Of a stretch of DNA of 26,859 nt, positions 15,819 through 22,972 are shown in pieces. The first letter of the stretch is position 1; each line of letters opens with the position of its first letter. The position numbers and the translations under genes were made by a program. The stretch spans positions 1 through 26,859 of the forward strand of contig JAFWBZ010000402.1 of the NCBI GenBank assembly GCA_017537105.1, written 5' to 3'. The notes under the pieces were generated by a model. The model was not told where the DNA came from and ran no database searches. It saw nothing but the letters and a program-made list of their open reading frames with translations. The DNA is from Clostridia bacterium. Its GTDB lineage: Bacteria; Bacillota; Clostridia; Christensenellales; Aristaeellaceae.

Positions 15819-17839
15819 ACGAGCAGCTCAGCCCTTCGGATGATGTGGTCCTGGTAGCACTTGTCCAGCTCCACGAAGTAGCCGCTCCAGCCCCACACGC
15901 GCACGATCAGGTTGCGGTAGTTCTCCGGGTGTTTCTGGGCATCCAGCATGCGCTCGCGGTTGACGGTGTTCAGCTGCAGCTGGTGGCCGCCCCGCTGCAC
16001 GAACAGCCGCACCAGCTGGGCCACCTTGGTGATGGACTCCTCCTGGCTGAACACGCTGTCGGAGAACTCGATGGTCAGCGGGCCGCCATTGATGGTCCGG
16101 CGCAGGTCGGGCTTGGAGAAGCTCTTGATCAGCGAAACGGGGCCGTTCAGCCGGATGTTCAGCGAGGGCGCGTAGTTGGCCGGCAGCGGCACGCCCGCCT
16201 CCCGGCCGTCCGCGGTGGCGCCCAGCTCGTTGGCGTGGAAGATGTAGAACATGGCCGAGCCCGTGCCCGCGCGAATGATGCCGCCGCGCTCGTTGTGGAG
16301 TCCCTCCACGGCGTCCGCGAAGGTGTCCAGCAGCCAACCCACGAGACCGTCCACCCGGTCGTCGTCGTTGCCGGCCTTGGGGCAGTGGTATTTCAGCTGA
16401 TCCCGCAGCGCGTCGTGGCCCACGAAGTTGTCCGCCATGGCCCGCAGCAGCGCCTCCGGCGCGGTATCGCCGTGGAACACCTCCTGGTCCACCGCCGCCA
16501 GCATGTCCGCCGCCGGGGCGACGCCGGTGCCGTGCAGACCCCAGTTGTTGTATTTGCAGCCCAGGGAGATGTCCCGGCCGCTTTCCAGGCAGCCGTCGAA
16601 GAACAGCGACAGGTAGGGCGAGGGGATGACGTACAGGTTCCTCCGCTCCGCCAGGGTCTTGCGCACGTCGGCGAAGATCGCCTCCCGCACGAGGGCCTTG
16701 ACCTCCTCGAGAGAGCGGCAGGCGGTCAGGTGCTCCCGGAGCACCCGGTCCACGATGTTGGCGAAGGGCAGCGCGCCGATGTTCACGATGTCCATGGCGC
16801 GGCCGGGGATGATGAACTCCCAGCAGGCCGCCATGGCGTAGTTTCGGGCGTCCTCTGTGTCGTAGCCCAGCGCCTCCAGGCCGGGGATGGCCACGTCGTC
16901 GTTCTCGTACTGGGGGAAGCCCAGGCCCAGCTTCGTCAGCTGCGTGCCCAGCTCGTACACCTCCAGCGGCGTGTCCTTATTCACCCGCAGGTTGATCTTC
17001 GGGTCGATCAGCCGAAGCTCCGCGGAGGCCTTCAGACACCACTTCGACAGCAGGTTGAAGCCGTCCGTGCCGTCGGGCAGCATGCCGCCCAGCACGATGC
17101 TCTGGCCGTTGTCGCCCTGCTGCATGCCGGGGTACAGGTCGCTGTCCCGGTTGCAGGCGAGGAAGAAGGCCTCCAGCAGCTCGAAGGCGCTCTCCTCGGT
17201 CTCCCGGCCGGCCTCCAGGTCGGCCCGGAGGTAGGGGATCATGGTCTGGTCGAAGCGGCCCATCGTGTTGTGGTAGTCGCCCTCGCACCACATGGCGTAG
17301 TGCAGTATCCGCAGCGACTGCAGCGCCTCCCGGAAGGTGCGCGGCGGCAGCGCCGGCACCCGGTCCAGCACCTCCGCCAGCGCCTCGTCGCCCTTTGCCC
17401 GGGCGGCGGCGGCGTAGCGCGCCGTCAGCTTTAGCACCGCGTCGATGGAGATGCGCATGGCCCGGTGCAGCTCGCCCTCGCCCAGTTTTTCCCGCCACGC
17501 CAGGAGGCCCACGGAGATCACGGAGGCGTAGTCCGGCGACAGGTTGGACACGTTGCCCAGCTCGTGGATGAAGTGCCCTTCGGTGATGGCGGCCCACTCC
17601 GCGTCGTCGAAGATGCGGGGTAGATTCGGCACCGTGCGGGTGAAGGCGATGATCTCGTTGTCAAACAGGTACGGCGTCTCCATCTCAAGCGCCTGCTTCA
17701 GCCGCAGCGCCGTGCGAAGGGTGTCCGGCAGGGACCGGTCCCGGTAGGTCAATTCGAGGTCCTCCGGCAGCGCGATGCGCGCGGCGTGGTGCAGGCGCTC
17801 CCACTGGAAGTGCATCAGGGCCCGTATGCGTTCCGTCAT
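15815..17839 (-). CDS. Glycyl radical enzyme (PFL superfamily), uncharacterised, 674 aa
   Basis: RBS AAGGAG. GRFDQ, DPKINLRV, Cys loop YAMAACWE (C339/E341), GNDDDRVD, GATADGR.AG.PL, and C-terminal DAQKHPENYRNLIVRVWGWSGYF (glycyl radical site G650). Confidence 0.93.
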   Translation of the reverse strand: MTERIRALMHFQWERLHHAARIALPEDLELTYRDRSLPDTLRTALRLKQALEMETPYLFDNEIIAFTRTVPNLPRIFDDAEWAAITEGHFIHELGNVSNLSPDYASVISVGLLAWREKLGEGELHRAMRISIDAVLKLTARYAAAARAKGDEALAEVLDRVPALPPRTFREALQSLRILHYAMWCEGDYHNTMGRFDQTMIPYLRADLEAGRETEESAFELLEAFFLACNRDSDLYPGMQQGDNGQSIVLGGMLPDGTDGFNLLSKWCLKASAELRLIDPKINLRVNKDTPLEVYELGTQLTKLGLGFPQYENDDVAIPGLEALGYDTEDARNYAMAACWEFIIPGRAMDIVNIGALPFANIVDRVLREHLTACRSLEEVKALVREAIFADVRKTLAERRNLYVIPSPYLSLFFDGCLESGRDISLGCKYNNWGLHGTGVAPAADMLAAVDQEVFHGDTAPEALLRAMADNFVGHDALRDQLKYHCPKAGNDDDRVDGLVGWLLDTFADAVEGLHNERGGIIRAGTGSAMFYIFHANELGATADGREAGVPLPANYAPSLNIRLNGPVSLIKSFSKPDLRRTINGGPLTIEFSDSVFSQEESITKVAQLVRLFVQRGGHQLQLNTVNRERMLDAQKHPENYRNLIVRVWGWSGYFVELDKCYQDHIIRRAELLV

Positions 17840-17884
17840 CTCCGATCAGCTCCTTTTTTCGAGGGCGGAAAGTGCGTTCGTCCG

Positions 17885-17908
17885 GGGGATGTTAACGTTA
17901 ACATCCCC
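17885..17908. promoter_or_regulatory. Perfect 24-bp palindromic LacI-type operator
   Basis: GGGGATGTTAACGTTAACATCCCC lies just downstream of the GRE promoter -10 element. The AACGTT centre is typical of LacI operators. Confidence 0.85.
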
Positions 17909-17916
17909 TCGCTTCC

Positions 17917-17945
17917 ATTATCGCACAGCCGCGCCGGAAAGTCAA
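17917..17945 (-). promoter_or_regulatory. Putative sigma-A promoter for the GRE operon
   Basis: Minus strand TTGACT (17945-17940), 17 nt, GATAAT (17922-17917), with an extended -10 TG. Confidence 0.75.
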
Positions 17946-18000
17946 GCAAAAAGGCGGGGCGCGGCCGCATGAATGTGCGACTGCGGTTCACCTTTTGCAT

Positions 18001-18029
18001 TTGCGCATTTGCCGCGAGTGTGGTATGAT
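18001..18029 (+). promoter_or_regulatory. Putative sigma-A promoter for the divergent LacI gene
   Basis: TTGCGC (18001-18006), 17 nt, TATGAT (18024-18029), with an extended -10 TG. Confidence 0.65.
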
Positions 18030-18082
18030 GGTCCCAACGACGGCGCGCCGGGGCGGACCGGGGCGCGGGGGAGGGCGGCGAA

Positions 18083-19102
18083 ATGCACAACGGGCGCAGA
18101 AAGGTGACGCTGCGGGACCTGGCGGAGGCCACGGGCTTCAGCGTGAACACGGTCTCCCGGGCGCTGCGGGGCGAGAAGCGCATCGCGCCGGAGACGCTCC
18201 AGAAGATCCTGGAGGCCCAGGCCCGCATGGGCTACATCCACAACACGCTGGCCTCCTCGCTGCGGCGCGGCTACACCAACACCATCGCGGTGATCCTGGG
18301 CGACGTGTCCAACCCCCACTTCGGGGTGATGATGAGCGAGATCGAGGCCCGGGCCCGCGCCCGGGGCTACGCCGCCTTTCTGCAGACCACCAGCGAGGAC
18401 GAGGCGCTGGAGCGCGCCGCGATCCAGTCTGCGGTGAACAAGAGCGTGGACGGCATCCTCATCTGCCCCTGCCCGCAGAGCGGGCAGAACCTGCACACGC
18501 TGGCGTCGCTGGGCATCCCCTTCGTGCTGGTCGGGCGGCGCAGCGCCGCGGTGGACGCCGACTACGTGATCTGCAACGACGAGCTGGGCGGCTGGCAGGC
18601 CACCCGGGCCCTGATCGAGCGCGGCCACCGGCGCATACTGATGCTGCAGGGCGATCCGGAGATCTCCAGTGCCCGGGAGCGCCTGGCGGGCTACCGCAGG
18701 GCGCTGGACGAGGCGGGCATCGAATATGACCCGCGCCTGGTGCGGGAGGGCTCCGTCATGGGCAAGGACAACGAGGCGCTCTACGCGCAGATCCTCTCGG
18801 AAGATCTGGGCTTCACCGCCGCCTTCGCCTTCAGCGACCTCATCGCCTGGGACTTCTGGCGCTTCCTGCACGGCCGGGGCATCGAGGTGCCGCGGGATCT
18901 CTCCTTGGTGGGCTTCGACAACATCCAGTCCCGGCTGTCCATCCCCTTCGGGCTCACCTCCATCCGCACCTACAAGGGCCGCATGTCCGTGGAGGCCGTG
19001 GACCTGTTGGTGCGCCGCATGCGCGGCGAGGGCGATCCCGCGCCCGCCCGCGTGGTCATCGACACCGCCCTCGCGCCGGGGGAGACGGTGCGGACCGTCT
19101 AA
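18083..19102 (+). CDS. LacI-family transcriptional regulator, divergent from the GRE operon
   Basis: HTH VTLRDLAEATGFSVNTVSRALRG, MGYIHNTLASSL, and VPRDLSLVGFDN...LTSI. Confidence 0.95.
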   Translation: MHNGRRKVTLRDLAEATGFSVNTVSRALRGEKRIAPETLQKILEAQARMGYIHNTLASSLRRGYTNTIAVILGDVSNPHFGVMMSEIEARARARGYAAFLQTTSEDEALERAAIQSAVNKSVDGILICPCPQSGQNLHTLASLGIPFVLVGRRSAAVDADYVICNDELGGWQATRALIERGHRRILMLQGDPEISSARERLAGYRRALDEAGIEYDPRLVREGSVMGKDNEALYAQILSEDLGFTAAFAFSDLIAWDFWRFLHGRGIEVPRDLSLVGFDNIQSRLSIPFGLTSIRTYKGRMSVEAVDLLVRRMRGEGDPAPARVVIDTALAPGETVRTV

Positions 19103-19151
19103 GGGAATGGAACACAGGGAAGACATGCGCCTGGCCCTCTCCCGGGCCGTC

Positions 19152-19193
19152 CGCCGGCCGCGCCGCACCCCAACGGCGCGGCCGGCGCTTTTT
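19152..19193 (+). terminator. Rho-independent terminator after LacI
   Basis: 14-bp perfect stem CGCCGGCCGCGCCG / CGGCGCGGCCGGCG followed by CTTTTT. Confidence 0.8.
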
Positions 19194-19219
19194 CCGCGCC
19201 CCGAAATACACATTGTCTA

Positions 19220-19248
19220 TTGACTTGATGTGTTTTTTGTGTTATCTT
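19220..19248 (+). promoter_or_regulatory. Putative sigma-A promoter for the metF-like/etfBA/methyltransferase operon
   Basis: TTGACT (19220-19225), 17 nt, TATCTT (19243-19248), with an extended -10 TG. Confidence 0.7.
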
Positions 19249-19306
19249 TGGATGGGACCCAGGGAAAGTCGCGCCGCAGGCGCAAGGCAGGGGGAGTGGA
19301 GTGCGC

Positions 19307-20131
19307 ATGGGAGAAGCCGTCGGGCCGCGAAGCTATCACATTGAAATCATACCGCCCAAGCAGGATTCGCAGAAGCTGGAGGCGGACCTGGAGCTGTTCG
19401 CCGGGAAGTTCGAGCGGGTGATGGAGAGCGGCTTTACCGCCTCCATCACGGACAACGCCATGGGGCTGTTGGCCTTCCAGGGACACGAGTGCATCGAGGA
19501 GCTCGGCCTGCGGGTGCGGCCGGAGCAGGTGCTGATCCACCTGAACACGTTTCACACGAAGCGCAACCTGGACGAGATCCTGGAGGCCTGCGGGCGGCTC
19601 GGCATCCGCTCCCTGCTGGCCATCAGCGGGGACGGCTCGCCCCGGCTGCCGAGGCTGCAGCCCGCGGACGTGGAGGCGGAGGGCGCCCCGGCGGTCACGT
19701 CGGTGGAGCTGATCCGCTATCTCCGCAGGCACTATCCCGAATTTGCGGTGGGCGCGGCGTTCAACCCCTACGAGCCGGAGGCGCACGAATTCGACAAGCT
19801 CGAGCGGAAGCTGGACGCCGGGGCGTCCTTCCTCATCACCCAGCCGATCCTGCGGAAGAACGCCGTGGTGGACCGGCTGCTGGCTGCCCATCCGGAGGTG
19901 CCGACGATCCTCGAGGCGTGGATGTCGAAGAAGCTGTACCTGCTCTCAGACGTGGTGGGCTATCCCATCCCCGAGGACGCGGAATACGACCCCTTCGCCA
20001 CGCTGGAACAGCTGCAGGCGACGTACCCGCAGTGCTCGTTCTACCTGTCGCTGCTGGGATTCAAGACGCAGTATGCCCGGATCGAGGAGATGGCCGGTCC
20101 GGCGCGCGCGGAACAGGAGGAGCGCCTATGA
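19307..20131 (+). CDS. metF: Methylenetetrahydrofolate reductase (MetF/MTHFR)-family flavoprotein, divergent (274 aa)
   Basis: Conserved MTHFR positions are retained: IEIIPPK (cf. S.EFFPPK), IHLNT (cf. PHLTC), LAISGD (cf. LALRGD), VGAAFNP, KLERKLDAGASFLITQP. Start ATG 19307 after GGAG (track start GTG 19301). The symbol denotes the family, not proven orthology. Confidence 0.8.
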   Translation: MGEAVGPRSYHIEIIPPKQDSQKLEADLELFAGKFERVMESGFTASITDNAMGLLAFQGHECIEELGLRVRPEQVLIHLNTFHTKRNLDEILEACGRLGIRSLLAISGDGSPRLPRLQPADVEAEGAPAVTSVELIRYLRRHYPEFAVGAAFNPYEPEAHEFDKLERKLDAGASFLITQPILRKNAVVDRLLAAHPEVPTILEAWMSKKLYLLSDVVGYPIPEDAEYDPFATLEQLQATYPQCSFYLSLLGFKTQYARIEEMAGPARAEQEERL

Positions 20132-20916
20132 AGATCGTGGTGTGCATCAAGCAGGTCCCGGCGACCAGCGACGCCTCCATCGATCCCGTGACCAAGCGGA
20201 TCGTGCGGGAGGGCAGCAAGGCGATGCTCAACCCCTTCGACCTGTACGCGGTGGAGGAGGCCGTGCGCCTGAGGGAGCAGGCGGGCGGCGAGGTCATCGC
20301 CCTCTCCATGGGGCCGGAGAGCGCCAAAAACGCGCTGGTGGAGGCCCTGTCCATGGGCGCGGACCGGGCGGTGCTGTTGAGCGACCGGGCCTTCGGCGGC
20401 TCCGACACCTGGGCCACCAGCTACGCGCTGGCCCGGGCCATCGACACCCTCGGCGGCGTGGACCTGGTGATCTGCGGCAAGCAGGCCGTGGACGGCGACA
20501 CGGCGCAGGTGGGCGCGGGTATCGCCGCGAAGCTGGACCTGCTGCAGGCCGCGAACGTGGGGAAGACCGAGGCGCTGGACGCCGACGGCATCACCGTGCG
20601 GCGGATGCACGAGCGGGGCTGGGACGTGGTCCGGCTCCGGTTCCCGGCACTGATCACTGTGCTGAAGGACATCAACGCGCCCCGGGTGCCCACGCTGCGC
20701 GCCGCCCGGGCCGCAAGGCGGGCGGAGATCCCCGTCTGGCATCCTGCGGACATCGGCGCGGACCCCGGCAGGATCGGCCTGCGGGCCTCGCCCACCCAGG
20801 TGGTCCGAACGGCCCCGCCCGCGGCGAGGAGCGCGGTCACCACGAGGATCGCGGGCGCGCCGGCGGAGGTGGCCGGGGAACTCGTCCGGGAACTGCTGGC
20901 CCGGAAGCTGCTGTGA
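20128..20916 (+). CDS. etfB: Electron transfer flavoprotein beta subunit
   Basis: MKIVVCIKQVP, LNPFDLYAVEEA, SMGP, ALSMGADRAVLLSDRAFGGSDTWATS, GKQAVDGDTAQVG. Its ATG overlaps the metF-like stop (ATGA). Confidence 0.95.
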   Translation: MKIVVCIKQVPATSDASIDPVTKRIVREGSKAMLNPFDLYAVEEAVRLREQAGGEVIALSMGPESAKNALVEALSMGADRAVLLSDRAFGGSDTWATSYALARAIDTLGGVDLVICGKQAVDGDTAQVGAGIAAKLDLLQAANVGKTEALDADGITVRRMHERGWDVVRLRFPALITVLKDINAPRVPTLRAARAARRAEIPVWHPADIGADPGRIGLRASPTQVVRTAPPAARSAVTTRIAGAPAEVAGELVRELLARKLL

Positions 20917-20931
20917 AGGGAGGCGCGACCC

Positions 20932-22005
20932 GTGAAGCTGACAGGAGAACAGGACAGGCAAAACTCCGCGGACGTGTGGGTGCTGGCGGAGATGACGGGC
21001 GGCGCGCTGCATCCCGTGTCCCATGAGCTGCTGGGCGCGGCCCGGCGGCTGGCGGCGGACCGCGGCTGCAGGGTGTGGGCCGTGGCGCTGGGGAGTGACC
21101 TCTCCGACGCGGCGGCGTCGCTGATCGCCCACGGCGCAGACGGCGTCATCCTGGTGGGGGACGGGCGGCTGCAGGCGTTCAACGACGAGCTGGAGTGCAA
21201 CGTGCTGGAGCGGCTGGTGCGCAAGTACCGCCCGGAGATCTTCCTCGGCGCGGCCACAAATCGGGGCCGGGCGCTGATCCCGCGGCTGGCCAGCCGGCTC
21301 TACGCCGGGCTGACCGCCGACTGCACCGGGCTGGCCATCGACCCAGAGACCGGGGATCTGCTCCAGACCCGGCCGGCCTTCGGCGGCAACATCATGGCCA
21401 CCATCCGCAGCGGCGGCTTCCGTCCGCAGATGGCCACGGTCCGCCCCAAGGTGATGCAGGCGCTGCCCGGGGACCGGACCCGGTCGGGCATGGTGGTGCG
21501 GGAATCCGTGGCGCCGGAGGACGCCCTGCACATCAAGCAGATCCTGGAGACCATCGAGCGCCGGGAGAACACGGTCAACCTCAGCGACGCCCGCATCATC
21601 GTCGCCGGCGGCCGGGCGATGAAGGGGCCGGAGGGCTTCGCGCTGCTGGAGTCCTTCGCGCAGCGGATCGGCGGCGCCCTGGGCGCCAGCCGCGCGGCGG
21701 TGGACAGCGGATGGATCGCCTATCCCCATCAGGTGGGGCAGACCGGGCAGACCGTGCAGGCGGACGTCTACATCGCCTGCGGCATCTCCGGCCAGATCCA
21801 GCACCTGATCGGCATGCAGTCCTGCAAGACCATCGTCGCCATCGACATCGACGACACCACGCCCATGATGCAGCTGGCGGACATCGCGGTGAAGGGCGAC
21901 CTGTTTGCGGTGATCCCGGAAGTCATGAAGGCGCTGGATCGGGCGGGCGTCCGCCGGGCCCCCGCGTCCACGGAGGCAGATACAGAGGAGGAAGAGCAAT
22001 GCTGA
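20932..22005 (+). CDS. etfA: Electron transfer flavoprotein alpha subunit
   Basis: GTG start after GGGAGG; GLTADCT, QTRPAFGGNIMATI, QMATVRP, ARIIVAGGR, GASRAAVDSGW, QVGQTG, YIACGISGQIQHLIGM. Confidence 0.95.
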   Translation: MKLTGEQDRQNSADVWVLAEMTGGALHPVSHELLGAARRLAADRGCRVWAVALGSDLSDAAASLIAHGADGVILVGDGRLQAFNDELECNVLERLVRKYRPEIFLGAATNRGRALIPRLASRLYAGLTADCTGLAIDPETGDLLQTRPAFGGNIMATIRSGGFRPQMATVRPKVMQALPGDRTRSGMVVRESVAPEDALHIKQILETIERRENTVNLSDARIIVAGGRAMKGPEGFALLESFAQRIGGALGASRAAVDSGWIAYPHQVGQTGQTVQADVYIACGISGQIQHLIGMQSCKTIVAIDIDDTTPMMQLADIAVKGDLFAVIPEVMKALDRAGVRRAPASTEADTEEEEQC

Positions 22006-22805
22006 TCATCGGTGAAAAGCTGAACGGCGCCATTCCGTCGGTGGCGCAGGCGATACGGGACCGCGACGAGGGCTTCATCCGGGACCTGGCCACCCGGCAG
22101 CTGGACAGTCGGGCGGATTACCTGGACATCTGCTCCGGCGTGCCCGGGCAGGACGCCGAGATCCTTAGGTGGATGATCGAAATGATCCAGGCGGACCACC
22201 CGGACGTGCGCTTCAGCCTGGACAGCCCCGACCCGGAGGTGATTCGGTCGTGCATGGAGCTGTGCAAAAATCCGGGCATGATCAATTCCGTCTCCCTGGA
22301 GGGGAAGAAGATCGAGCTGCTGTTCCCCGTCGCGGCGGAGCAGAAGGGCTGGAAGATCATCGCGCTGCTGCTGGACGGCACGGGCATGCCCACCACGGTG
22401 GAAAAGCGCATGGAGACCTGCCGCACGATCCTGGACCGGGCCGCGGAATACGGCATCCCCGCGGGCCGGCTGTACTTCGACCCGCTGGTGTTCAGCCTGG
22501 CCACCACGCCGGAGGGCTTCCTCAACTTCGTCGGTGCGGCGCGGCAGATCCGGGCGGAGACCCCCGAAGCCCACATCGTCAGCGGGCTCTCCAACATCTC
22601 CTTCGGCCTGCCCTACCGCAAGGCCGTCAACCAGGCCTTCCTCATCGGCGCGATGATGAACGGCATGGACAGCGCCATCATGGACCCCCTCAACCGGGAC
22701 CTGCTGGCCGGCGTGTACGCCGCGGAGGCGCTGCTGGGCCTTGACGAATACTGCATGGAATACCTGACCGCCTACCGCGAGGACCTCTTCGGCCCGAAGA
22801 AGTAG
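21999..22805 (+). CDS. Methyltetrahydrofolate:corrinoid methyltransferase (AcsE/MT2-type pterin-binding TIM barrel, 268 aa)
   Basis: This is the 3' part of track ORF 21195..22805. RBS GAGGAGG; MLIIGEKLNG, ADYLDI, SLDSPD, MINSV, FDPLV, SGLSNISFGLP, GMDSAIMDP match the AcsE / MetH pterin-binding family. It overlaps the etfA stop by 7 nt. Confidence 0.88.
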   Translation: MLIIGEKLNGAIPSVAQAIRDRDEGFIRDLATRQLDSRADYLDICSGVPGQDAEILRWMIEMIQADHPDVRFSLDSPDPEVIRSCMELCKNPGMINSVSLEGKKIELLFPVAAEQKGWKIIALLLDGTGMPTTVEKRMETCRTILDRAAEYGIPAGRLYFDPLVFSLATTPEGFLNFVGAARQIRAETPEAHIVSGLSNISFGLPYRKAVNQAFLIGAMMNGMDSAIMDPLNRDLLAGVYAAEALLGLDEYCMEYLTAYREDLFGPKK

Positions 22806-22823
22806 CGGAACGCCGCAATCTAT

Positions 22824-22855
22824 GGCGCGCCACGGCAACGTGGGGCGCCCTTTTT
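22824..22855 (+). terminator. Rho-independent terminator closing the four-gene operon
   Basis: GGCGCGCCACG-GCAA-CGTGGGGCGCC (one mismatch) followed by CTTTTT. Confidence 0.7.
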
Positions 22856-22972
22856 GATCCCTCGTCCGGGAAGCGGCGCCGGAGAGGTCGCGGCCCTTCT
22901 TCCGGAAAGAATATGAAAGGACGGGCGGATCCCCGCCTGATCTCCACGAGGGCCGGGCGGGCTCCGCCGTGA

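Noticed and set aside
15803-17434. 543-aa plus-strand ORF
   Set aside because: Antisense shadow of the glycyl radical enzyme.
15815-17839. Annotation as pyruvate formate-lyase (pflB), or as a diol dehydratase or CutC
   Set aside because: It lacks the PFL Cys-Cys pair and the GCVEP motif, there are no microcompartment genes, and the substrate cannot be assigned from sequence.
19255-19306. SAM-III (SMK) or other known riboswitch upstream of the metF-like gene
   Set aside because: Only a superficial resemblance (CCC...GGGGG); the conserved core nucleotides could not be matched. Kept only as a low-interest finding.
21195-22805. 536-aa ORF suggesting an N-terminally extended methyltransferase
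   Set aside because: The first half overlaps etfA out of frame. The real start is ATG 21999 after GAGGAGG.
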